Positions 1-11,000 of a DNA stretch of 64,000 nucleotides are shown here, in pieces (the first letter of the stretch is position 1; every line of letters starts with the position of its first letter). The DNA comes from Chrysomallon squamiferum (taxonomy: Eukaryota > Animalia > Mollusca). Both the position numbers and the translations under genes were made by a program. The stretch spans positions 23,994,001 through 24,058,000 of the forward strand of contig CM022679.1 of NCBI GenBank assembly GCA_012295275.1, given 5' to 3'. The notes under the pieces were generated by a model that saw only the letters and a list, made by a program, of their open reading frames with translations, had not been told where the DNA came from and did no database searches.

Positions 1-457
1 AGAGAAAAAAGGTATAGAAGAAATAACAAATTTTGTGTTGCCAATTAAATTAAGTAATGTTCATTAATAACTATCCAAACGATCAAAACACAGTCAGGGA
101 TCAAAAACATCACTTCTGTTTATAATAAATGTAAAACTCCCTTCTGAATGAAAAAAGGTATAGGATAATTAACCTGGCATTCTGAAATAATATTCGCGGG
201 TAAATGTGAATATGTTCTTCGTGAATAGTTGATAGCACTGAATAATAATAATAATAATAATAATAACAATAATAATAATATGAACAGCAATAATAATAAC
301 ATCAAGAATAAATAAATAAATATGAGGGAGGGATTTATATAGATATTATTTTGTATAATGTAAAAAATATTCTGTCAAGCTTACTTATTAAAATCTGCTA
401 CAAATGAAGAAAACAAATAGAATGACAAAATATTAAAATATTTTTTAAAAATCCCGT

Positions 458-503
<46 letters not shown>

Positions 504-608
504 TTAATAATAATAAATTTAACAATAATTAATACCTGAATGTCTGAAGGGTATCAATATACTTATACTTAACGTATATAAATATGCTAAAAAGTATGTT
601 TTAATTAT

Positions 609-790
609 ATTCATTGTCGGATCTTCGTTGTTATAAACACGTAGAAGTTCCCGAGAAATCATTACTGTATTAAATTCATTGTCGGATCTTCGTTGTTATA
701 AACACGTAGAAGTTCCCGAGAAATCATTACTGTATTAAATTCACAGTACATGTGTACGAAGTCTTTGTACGTAGATTTTCCCGGGAAATC
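609..790 (+). repeat. 65-bp tandem repeat in the promoter of gene 1 (two exact copies plus a diverged third)
   Basis: 609-673 and 674-738 are identical (attcattgtcggatcttcgttgttataaacacgtagaagttcccgagaaatcattactgtattaa). A third unit retains only acgtagattttcccgggaaatc (769-790) in the same 65-bp register. Confidence 0.95.
648..787 (+). promoter_or_regulatory. three STAT-like TTC-N4-GAA elements
   Basis: TTCCCGAGAA at 648-657 and 713-722; palindromic TTCCCGGGAA at 778-787, 55 bp upstream of the TATA box. Motif seen directly; STAT binding is inferred. Confidence 0.55.
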
Positions 791-841
791 TGTGATAGCA
801 GTTACGCTGGATAGGTTTGTTTATTAGCAACGACTCCAAGT

Positions 842-848
842 TATAAAA
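842..848 (+). promoter_or_regulatory. TATA box of gene 1
   Basis: TATAAAA(AG) about 120 bp upstream of ATG 964, which is in good context (aagATGg). Confidence 0.65.
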
Positions 849-963
849 AGAGGCAAGATCTTTTATTTTATTACACGATTGCTGCATACAATATCAGACA
901 GTGTTAACGAACCAGCCGAAGATCGAGAGAAAAGAAGGAATCAAGTAAAGAACTGAAGGAAAG

Positions 964-1049
964 ATGGATGTTTTTAAAGCAGCCGGGAAGGGTTTAGCAA
1001 ACATAGCTGCTGCGCCTGTGTCAGCTATGGCATCAGCTGTTACTGAAGT
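964..1049 (+). CDS. gene 1 exon 1: Ala/Gly-rich amphipathic-helix-like N-terminus
   Basis: MDVFKAAGKGLANIAAAPVSAMASAVTE(V); donor GTTAGT at 1050, phase 2, matches the acceptor before 1409. Confidence 0.8.
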
Positions 1050-1064
1050 GTTAGTATTATTTTG

Positions 1065-1114
<50 letters not shown>

Positions 1115-4100
1115 ATTAATGTTTATAATAACCAAAACATTTAAAATTGGCTTCTTTACTTTGTATAATGAATTCAGAATTGGTTAATTATGTCTTAGCT
1201 AAATAGGAAAAATTACTTTGCATAATAAAATCAGTTATAAAATTAATACTCTGTTATAGGCCTACATATTATTAATCTCAGAATATTGTGATGTTACTTA
1301 ACAGTTAAAATAACAATTAAAGAAAAAAACGAGAAGAAAAAAATCCCATCTTAATGAGGGATATTTTATTTTTTTATTTTTTTAAATTTGTTTTTGATTT
1401 TAAAACAGCGGGACGAAAGTTGCTGAATATTTTGAGGGAACTACTAATTTCTCCGAAAGAACTCGATCTCTGGAAATTGAGGTTATTAATCAAACTAACA
1501 GCGTTCTCCATTTAAAATCAAGTCATTTTGCAGACGGAGAATGGTTTACTAATTGTGATCTCCAAGACATCAAACCCGGTCAGAACGGCTTTGGACGTGC
1601 CGCAAATCGTCAAGGTAACCCCGAGGGTGTGAAAGGTGGCGTCGAATTTAAAATAGGAAGCACTGGGATGAACTTTTACATTGGGTTTGAGAATCCTCTT
1701 ACCGGTGACTATAAGTCTTTCATTGCTGTTAATGGGAAGGAATCAGCAAAGTGGGCTTGTGAGAAAAACAGTCAAGGTAGTACTAAGAATAAAGAAGCTG
1801 AGGGTTACCGTCTGTCATGTTGTACAGAAAATCCATCAGAATCAGAGTTTAAAAAATTCGTTTTCACTATTGAAAAGGTCAGTTTAATATGCTTTACTGC
1901 CCATATATATATATAATCACGTATTTTAAACATTGTGCTTAGTTATATACATACACCTCAAATACCAAAACAGGCATCTTGAATTAAGACAGTACGTTTC
2001 TACATTATGTTTCAGCTATTTTTATCAGTGTTGCATGAACCCTAATAAAATAACTGAGAGCTCTATGTATATATGAAAATCAGTACTCTTTCGTTAAAGT
2101 TAGTTTTTTGAGAAATAGCAGATTAAGTTTACGTAATTTTGATTAATTTGAAATTAAAGTTGGGCTGGAATTTCATTTTAGAAATTATTAACTGAGTTTG
2201 TACAACAGCTTCTACAAGTCATCAGAGGGTGAAAAAAGAAAAAAAATTCATGCAGGTTGCTCACGGTAAAACGGTTAAATCGGTCATTTATACATAAATA
2301 TAACATCGAATATAGCTTTACATATATCATTAAGTATGTATGTATGTATGTATGTATGTATGTATGTATGTATGTATGTATATGTACGTATGTGTGTGTA
2401 TGTGTGCATGTTTGTGTATGTGTATATGTAACTGACTCAAAACAAGTATGCTCTCATATGTGTATATACGAATGTATATATATATATATATATATTTTTT
2501 TCGAATACTTTAGTACAGGTACAAATAAATGAATTTCACTTTATAATAAAATATATTTCTTTATTTTTCTAACAGCTTCCGCCTGTTTTCTCTGAAAGAT
2601 CCCGAACTCTGGAAATTGAGATTAATAATGAAACAAACAGCGAGCTTCATTTAAAATCAAGTTTCTTTCAACGTGGAGAATGGTTTACTTCCCTTGATCC
2701 CAAACATATCGACCCCGGTGAGAAAAGTTTAGGATGTGCAGCAAACCGGGAATGTACACCCGAAGATGTGACTGCTGGCGTCGAATTTGAAATAAAAAAC
2801 ACTGAGCTCTGTTTTTACATTGGGTTTAGTAATCCTGTAGGGGCACACTACAAGACCTTCATTGCAGTTAATAAAAATGGATCAGCTAAATGGGCTTGTG
2901 AGCAAAACAGGGACGACACTGATAAGATTCTGACTGATAATGGTTACTGTCTGTCATGTTCTGTGCAGAAACAGACAGAATTTGAGTATAAGAAGTTCAT
3001 TTTCACTATTAGAAAGGTAAGTTTAATATGCTTTACTTCCCATATAGTTGTGTGAATGTATTATATAGAATCCTGGTGCAATTTAAAAAAAATTATAACT
3101 TTTGATCTATGTATGACAGGGTTGATCCGTAAAATGAGAAAAAAGTTTGGATTTTAAAATATATTTATAGTTAAAAGTCTTAATTTTCAACGAAGCCAAA
3201 CTCACTGAAAATCAGCTAAAATTGTATTTCTAGAACTTCAGAATCGTATCTCGATTTGTATCCATAATGACGGTTAATATTCTTTTATAATGCCGTTGTT
3301 AATTAACATTAATGTAAATATAGTTCAGTTTTTTGTATGGGATAGCAGTTATATACATAGACATTAAAATACAGGAAAATAGCAACAGCAACAATAAAAT
3401 AATAATAATAATAATAATAACAACAACAACAGTAATAATGTTGAAAACTCATAGTAATAATATTATTAAGCAAATAAATGAAATATGATTAATTTTATAT
3501 TTCTCAGGATGTACAAATTTTGAAGATATTCAACTCTACTTCGGATGCTCTACTCTACAAAGATACGTTCATGGAAACTAAAACTAATTTGGTAGAGTCA
3601 TACACCATCGAAGCTAGCAGAACTACTGGCCCATATGACATCAAAGCTAATGAAACCAAAACCATCGTTATAACAGATTCCAGAGGATGTTTAGGAAAAG
3701 TGGCAGGTGGATTCAAATATGCCTTAGAAGGAAAACAACTGTGCTTGTACTTTGGCTTTAGAAGGACACCGAAGAAAAATTGCAAGACATTCATGGACAT
3801 AAATCATAATAAATCAGCCGAATGGGCCTGCAATGAAGCAAGCAATGATGATGCTAAAATGATTCGTAGCGGCTACATTTTGCATGCTTCCATAGAAGAT
3901 GAAAACCAAGTATTCTGTTACACTATTAAAAAGGTAGAAGAAACAAAAATCCACAATAAAAAAAAAGTCATTTTCTAACTTTATTATATATCATCTATCA
4001 TCATCAAGAATATTATTTGTCCTTTTGTAAGATATTTCATTCACTCCGAACAAATCTATTAACATAAATAAACTAAAAAATTATAAATACATTTCGAGTG

Positions 4101-4117
4101 AGTATAAAACTCAAATT

Positions 4118-4157
<40 letters not shown>

Positions 4158-4760
4158 GAAGAAGAAGAAGAAGAAGAAAGAAGAAGAAATAACCTTACTC
4201 AGCTGACTTATTGTCATTTTTGTCAATGCATTTCTCACATTTCTTACTGAAAATACTGTAATATTAAATTTGATCTTAACTGTTACTTTACAGGACATCC
4301 CAGAAAATGAGAAAAGACTGGCTTTTCAGATCAATAATAAACTCAAGAAACGTCTCCAATTCAAAGAAAAATTCTTCTCATCAAAAACATGGGCACTTTC
4401 CCTTTCTAAGCCTTCAGACCCAGAAATTAAACGACGACAGTCAAAAGACGTCATTATTACAGAGTGCCAAGGGCTGCCGGCCAAAATAAACCTTGGGCTG
4501 GAATTTGAAATTAGAAATACTGGACTGAGTTTGTACATCGGCTTCTATAAGTCATCAGATGGCAAAGAAAAACATTTCATGCAGGTTGCTCATGGTAAAA
4601 AGGCTAAATGGGCCGCGAAAAAAAGTCTACAGGATTCAGATATGACACCAAATGGAAGATTTCAGTTATACCATAAATATAACATCGAAGAACAGCGTAC
4701 AGTTTTTACATATATCATTGAAAATGTATGTATTTGTGTGTCTCTATGAATGTATGGACG

Positions 4761-4807
<47 letters not shown>

Positions 4808-5375
4808 TTCTATCTGCATGATTTTTAATTATACTGCAGGATATTTATTTCTGGAATATCATGTATCAGTTATAATGAACATAACCTTTGATTTTAATAT
4901 TTATTTTACAGGAAATCCCTGAAAATGAGCAAAGACTTGCTTTAAAGATCATTAATGCAACCCCACAACTTCTCCTTTTCAAAGAAAAATTCTTCTCATC
5001 AAAAACATGGGTATTTCTCATTCTGAGCCACCAGATTCAGAAATAAAACCACGCGATCCAAAAGATATCATAGTTGCAGAGCTTCGTGGTTTGCCATCTG
5101 AAATTAAAGTTGGGCTGGAATTTAAAATTAAAAATACTATACTGAGTTTGTATATCGGCTTCTACAAATCACCAGAAGGCGAAGAAAAACATTTTAAGAT
5201 GGTTACTAATAACAAAACAGTTCAATGGGCTGCCCAACAATGTTTAGCCAATTCAAAAAACTGGATGCAGAACAAAACATTTAAGCTTGGTTATCAATGT
5301 AAGGAAGAAAGTCAGCGTAAAACTTATGAATACACCATTATAAATAATGGAGTTTCTTGTGGTTGCCTTGGTTAA
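964..5375 (+). CDS. multi-exon gene: protein with five tandem actinoporin/aegerolysin-like beta-sandwich domains (putative cytolysin or lectin-fold effector)
   Basis: Exons 964-1049, 1409-1877, 2576-3016, 3508-3933, 4294-4725 and 4912-5375; all junctions GT-AG and phase-compatible (2,0,0,0,0). The domains share the pattern R/K-x-L-x-I-x-I-x-N...F...I-x-P...G-x-E-F-x-I...YIGF...K-x-F...A-x-WA...GY-x-L...F-x-F/Y-T-I. About 772 aa if the exon-6 frameshift is corrected, 662 aa as assembled. The fold call is by-eye motif spacing, not a database hit. Confidence 0.85.
1409..1877 (+). CDS. gene 1 exon 2, domain 1
   Basis: aaaacAG|c; GTKVAEYFEGTTNFSERTRSLEIEVINQTNSVLHLKSSHFADGEWFT...YIGFENPLTG...FVFTIEK; donor GTCAGT. 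Confidence 0.9.
2150..2337 (+). pseudogene. decayed pseudo-exon of the domain-4/5 type inside intron 2
   Basis: gaaattaaagttgggctggaattt...actgagtttgtac...cttctacaagtcatcaga...ttcatgcaggttgctcacggtaaaa...cataaatataacatcgaa...tttacatatatcatt aligns collinearly with 4485-4725 and 5100-5200, with indels and an internal deletion. Confidence 0.9.
2576..3016 (+). CDS. gene 1 exon 3, domain 2
   Basis: tttctaacAG|; LPPVFSERSRTLEIEINNETNSELHLKSSFFQRGEWFT...YIGFSNPVG...FIFTIRK; donor GTAAGT; 441 nt; clear paralogue of exon 2. Confidence 0.9.
3508..3933 (+). CDS. gene 1 exon 4, domain 3
   Basis: tttctcAG|; DVQILKIFNSTSDALLYK...LYFGF...SAEWAC...GYILH...FCYTIKK; donor AAG|GTAGAA; 426 nt. Confidence 0.85.
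4294..4725 (+). CDS. gene 1 exon 5, domain 4
   Basis: ctttacAG|; DIPENEKRLAFQINN...FKEKFFSSKTW...LYIGFYKS...AKWAA...FTYIIEN; donor GTATGT; 432 nt. Confidence 0.88.
4912..5375 (+). CDS. gene 1 exon 6, domain 5 (1-nt frameshift near 5011-5013)
   Basis: ttttacAG|; EIPENEQRLALKIINATPQLLLFKEKFFSSKTW, then an in-frame TAA at 5044-5046. Homology to exon 5 continues in the shifted frame (ISHSEPPDSEIKPR...YEYTIINNGVSCGCLG*). Confidence 0.8.
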
Positions 5376-6308
5376 ACAAAATAAAAAAACATAATAGACA
5401 TAAATAAATGATTTCGACAGGAAACTTCAAAGCAGTTTCTTCATTTGTACAATATATATTTTAATAATTCTTCTTTCAGATTTAGTCTACTCAAATATTT
5501 TGTTTACTTACAAGTATAATTTTCACGGAATAAACAAAAACAACAAAAATAATAAAAAAAAAAAAAAAAATATTAATCTAGGTATTTAGCAGAGTTTTAA
5601 ATTATTATCTGCATATAATAAAAATATGGTGTAGATTCTCATTCTTTTTTTGTTGAAAGCCAATCATTTAGATTAAAATACTTAGATTATGTTTTTGACG
5701 TTTCATTCATAATTAGAAAATATTGTTTGCAAGTATGTAGAAACAAATAAATTGAAGACGAGCAATGGTCAGTCTCATGTTAGTTCAAGTCGACCAAAAA
5801 AAAGTTATGGTTGGAATAAAAATAAACATTACACTGTCATGATTTATGAATTAAAATTTTGAAAATACAAACAGTTTTTTGTTCGTTGTATATGAAAACT
5901 ATATTCAGAGTTAATGTTTTAATTCTTTTTTTTTTTTTCTTTTTTTTGTTGCTGTCGTTTAGCTAATGAGTTATGAATTACTATATGCACTAAATCTAAT
6001 TTTGAAGTCACTTATATCAATATGAGGTTGCCTGTTGTTTGCAATCAACATGTCATTTTTAATGGGAACGTTCTATTTCCAGATAGTAAAAGTATTAAAA
6101 GAAGTAAAAACTGTGTTTTACAGTAAAATTGAGAAAACTGATGTGGTTTTAAACAAAGCCGATCAATACTGAATGAATATTTTGCCATAAAAGGGTTTGG
6201 AGTATAACACATACTACTTCTATCATAAAATTTAACCTAGGACTTGATCCTTAAAATTATTTGAAATGATGAAAAATAAAAATTAAAGAACGACATCACT
6301 ATCAGAAC

Positions 6309-6314
6309 TTTATT
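6309..6314 (-). terminator. candidate polyadenylation signal of PRPF31
   Basis: AATAAA on the - strand about 290 nt after the stop codon; such hexamers are common in this AT-rich DNA. Confidence 0.4.
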
Positions 6315-6599
6315 TTAAAAATACACATGAACGTCTATTTACTTCTGTTAACCTTTCATAAAATTCGTAAGATATCTTAATATTTTTGAAAAAAATAAAA
6401 GAAAGATTACTGTTAAATTAAATTTGTAATCATAAGTAAACAGTTTCAAAACTGAAACCCACTTATTTCTGTATTTGAAAGAAAAATAAGTAAATCATCA
6501 AAATAAAAATAATGTAAGAACCAACCATTAACGAGTCATAGTAACATCGTACATTAAAATAAAAAATACAGAGATTTTATAATGTTTATAGTTGTTAAA

Positions 6600-7329
6600 T
6601 TATTTCTTCTCAACTTTGCGAAATCCTGCAGTAGATGAGAAGTATTTCTGATTGGCTTCTTGAACTTTCTTTTCTGCTGCTTGTGGATTGACAATTTCAA
6701 GTCCCTAAAAAAAAAAATAATAATAATTAAATAATAATAATAAGTACTTGAAAAGCTGAAACATAATGATTCACTGCAAGTTCATTTTCATGGAACAGTA
6801 TGTATGTCAAAGTATCCTTACTAATTTTCGTTTATTTATTTATTTAACATACATTTTTCAAAAATTTCTTTAATTTTTGTTTTTAATTTTTTAGCTTCTC
6901 ATTGTTAAGTGAACTCAGTACAAAGAAAACCTACCTGCAGTGGGGTAAATGCTATACTGGATGATGTTCCTGCCACCTGTTTCTTTACAGTCGTACTGCC
7001 TCCCCAAACACTGTTTGACTGCTTGCTTAACTTTTGCTGTATTTGGAGAGAGGGAAAACACATTACATCATCAACATATGTAGTATAAATATAATATTAT
7101 TCACAAGTTGAGAGATAACAGAAAAATCATCAGTTTAAAAGTTAATCCTGACAATTCTGACTGTGAAAATATAATTGCAGACTTTGTACAAAATATTCTA
7201 AAATAAATAAATAAACAGAGAGGAAAAAAATTACAATTTCAATGTATATAGTTTATATAGATTAAAGTACAAGGGAAAGATAACCTGTTTAAAAGTGTAT
7301 CTTGAGGTTATTGTGAAAATAAAATATCA

Positions 7330-7361
<32 letters not shown>

Positions 7362-8003
7362 AGACATTTATACACCTTTAGAAAGTAAAAGCTGGATTAA
7401 CCATTAAGACATCTTAGTCAAGAGATTAGTAATGATGGTCTATATTTACAATGCCTGTTTTTTTTTTTAAATCAGTTATTTCATACATTGTACATAATTA
7501 GATATAATTACACATAAAATGCAAAACTAAATTCAATAAGTATTTTTCAACATTATTGTTTAGGAATTATTTTAGTGTAACAAGATAAAATTGTTTTCTA
7601 ACATAGCTAAATATGCTATGAGACAAAATACTGATACAAAATGGAGTAAAAAAAACAAAAGTGAAAAAAGAGAAAATATAAAAACATATTCTGTAAAGGC
7701 TCAGACAATACATACACGTTGTCTGAAAACATGGAAACAACTGTGAACAAACCTGTAAAGTTTTTGATATTCTTGCTTTAGTTTTGGCATCAACGACTGG
7801 ACCACGAATTTTCCCAGATGATGACTTGCCCAGAGTACCAAGAGAAAAGCCAAGATCTTCCTGATATGCATCTTGCTCTATCTGAAGAAACAAAATGAAC
7901 ACTATATCTATATCTTATCTATCTATCTAAATAAGTACATTAACAATTAATTCAATTATTTTGTTAGCACATGTATACTTGCAGATTAGCATTTCCTTAA
8001 ATG

Positions 8004-8034
<31 letters not shown>

Positions 8035-11000
8035 TAACAAAATAAAAAGATAAATTATCAAATTCCTTTAACATTAATAAAAAAATAAACTGAATTTGTT
8101 TTTGTTTATGAATAACATAAGTTGTGTAAAATAAATACAAATCATCAGGATTTGAACCTGACTTTCCTCCTATGATTATATTCGATAAAATAAACATGCA
8201 TCACAAAAGCAAAGTAATAGTAAATGTAGTGCAAATTATTAACAATAACATATATTCTCAATTAGGAAAATGAATCAATTTTCAATTATGAATAATGTAA
8301 TCTGTGCAAAATAAATATCTATTATTAGAAGTGGAACCAGCCTGTAATTACGCTTCATATATAAGCATTTGTCACTAAAGGAAAGTAATAAATTTAGTGC
8401 ATATCATTAACATACAAATGTATTCTGAAGTAAGAAAAGGCATATAATTGATACCTCAGCAAAATTCATTCTGTTAGCTTGTTTTCTCAGCTCGGACAAA
8501 CCAAGTCTTTCTTTAACCTTTCTTGCTCTGAAATAATCAAACACGAATTTGTAAATTTCTATTGTTTTTGAAGTTAAACCATTATAATTTATCAATTTTC
8601 ACAGAATTACTGTAGAACCCATACCAGAATGTCTTCACAGGAAAAATCCCAATTAATGTGGAAACAAATGTAATGGTTTATGTTTTCACTATGTATTATT
8701 ATTTTTGATTGATAGCTATTTTATTGTATTGATTTCCGTAATCAGTTATTTTATGAATATGTAGATCTTTTGTAAATTTATTACAGAGTTCATACTGTGG
8801 TAAATAATTTTCTAGTTATTCCATTATTCATTATGATGTTCATACAGATATATAATTATCTAAATAATCAGTTATTCATTATGGTGTGTAATAGGTAAAT
8901 AATTATCTAAATAATGAATTATACATTATGATGTTCAAATAGGTAAAGTATCTATAACTCATATTTTGTCCTTAATCATCTGTATTACACTACATAAACA
9001 AACATGTTGAAATCCATCATTATATAATTTTTTTCTCCATTTATTTGGCTCAGTTCATAAAGAAATGATAATTACAAAAAACAGATTAAATATATTCTGC
9101 ATAATTCAAGTTATGTTTCATTTGTTTTCTGACAATTGAGTTTTAACACTATGATGAAGTAGAGGAATAAAAGAATAGTTTTAAAATATCTGATTGCTCA
9201 TTTTTCTGTGGATGTTACATGGTGGATCAGTTTGCTCAAAATTCTTTTCAACAAAAATATTTAGAAAACTGAAACTATCAATCTGCCAAATGTATCAGGA
9301 CATCATCACTTCATGTGACGGGGTGAAGTGGAAGTCTCCAAATTATTATTATTTTACTTTGTTATAAGTAGTGATAAGTCATCCAAATGATAAATAAGTA
9401 GGAAGTTTTGAGAATTTTATTTGTACCATAGGTATATAAATAATATAATTTTCTGAAGATTAAAAATATAAACAAACGAATAAATGTATAAATAATTAAA
9501 AAAAAAAAAAAAAAAGAAATTAATAATTAAAAAAAAAAAATACAGGATCTAATTATACATTACCTTCTTCCTCCCCTCTTTTTCCTTGAGGTCTCGATTG
9601 GAGCAGGCAGAGGTTTCACAGTTTTCACAGGTGGAGGTTCTGTCATTTTGTCCATTTTCATCTCTATTTCAGCTCGGAGATTGTCACCTACAGCACCATC
9701 AGTACTTTCATGGAAACTGTCAACTCTGGCAGCTAGAGTGCACTTAGCAGCCACCAGACGAGCAGCCTTGCGTCTAAGATCCTACAGCAACAACGAAAAT
9801 CAGTTATGTCAGGACAACAACAATTAACTTTCTTTTGTGATTTAGCAATAAGAAGGAGTAAATGAAATTATTTTGCAGCTAAAAAAAAAAAAAGAGATGA
9901 AATTACAAATGAGTAATCAGATAATAAAAAATACCGTAATGTAAAAATGATAATGATATAAGTAACAATTCATGATATATCAAATGCTCATAACCAGTTA
10001 ATAAGAAACACTGTAACATAAAAACAAAACCGATATACATAACAATTCATGATAAATCAAATATTCACAATAACTCAGTAACATAAACTAATGGTAAACA
10101 ATGATGTTCTGATAGTAACAAAGCTGGTTCAGCAGGTTACAGTGATTGAATTGCTGCACAGATGTGATTCCATGATTTCAAAGAGAATGTCTTGTTTTAA
10201 TAGTGAAGATTATTATTAACAATATATTCTGCTTACTGGTGGAGCTTTCTGTACAATTTCACTGTAGTAAATGAAGCCTGTGTGTGGCAGAATGGCTGTT
10301 GTTGAAAACCCAGACAGTGTCCGCTTCTGTGCTCCAAGAACAAGAATGTTGCAGGCTGGCATCTTTGACAAGTTTGTCAGGCCTCCTGCAATACCTGAAT
10401 GAAAAAAGAAACAGCATATTAGTAGATGATATTAGTATATTTTTGAAACTGAATATCTACAAATGTTTTTCTAACAAGAATAGACATAATGATCTGAATT
10501 TTCCTAGTCTCTTTGTCTTTTGTCAGGTGTTTTAGAAATATACTGATAAATTAAATCTTGTCTTTGTGTTATAAGCCTCACAGAAATTTACTAAGGGCTC
10601 TGCAAACACAGCCATGAAATGTTTAGCAGCCAAATCATAGCAGGACTGAATGGTATGCATATGTTTTATGATGGCACTGATAAATAATCATAAAATATTT
10701 AACAAATATATTACCCATGAGTTTAGCAGCAACTGAGGCTCCAACAATGATTGACAGGTTGGGTGATATGAAGGTCATTCGTGATTCCACATATTTCAAG
10801 ATTTCTGCTTTACATTTGTTGATATCAATAGCCTGTTTGAATACAGTTGTAAAATATTTGAGTGCTGTTCATTTTTCTGAGGATGTTACATTGCCCTATA
10901 CACAGTGGTCTATTGGCTCTAAAATTTGTTTTAGTGTTATTAGAAAAATCAAACTATCAATCTACCAAATGTATTGTGTTTTATAAGAATAAATCAGCTA

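Noticed and set aside
609-790. 65-bp repeat as a CRISPR-like array
   Set aside because: Units are contiguous duplicates with no unique spacers, there are no cas genes, and the context is eukaryotic.
1629-5375. Five separate small genes as suggested by the ORF track
   Set aside because: Each ORF is bounded by phase-compatible splice sites, and homology starts upstream of the called starts; they are exons of one gene.
5355-5375. C-terminal CaaX prenylation motif
   Set aside because: SCGCLG has Cys at -5 and -3, not -4, so it is not canonical.
10284-10986. + strand ORFs 10284-10535 and 10717-10986
   Set aside because: They are antisense shadows of PRPF31 exons.
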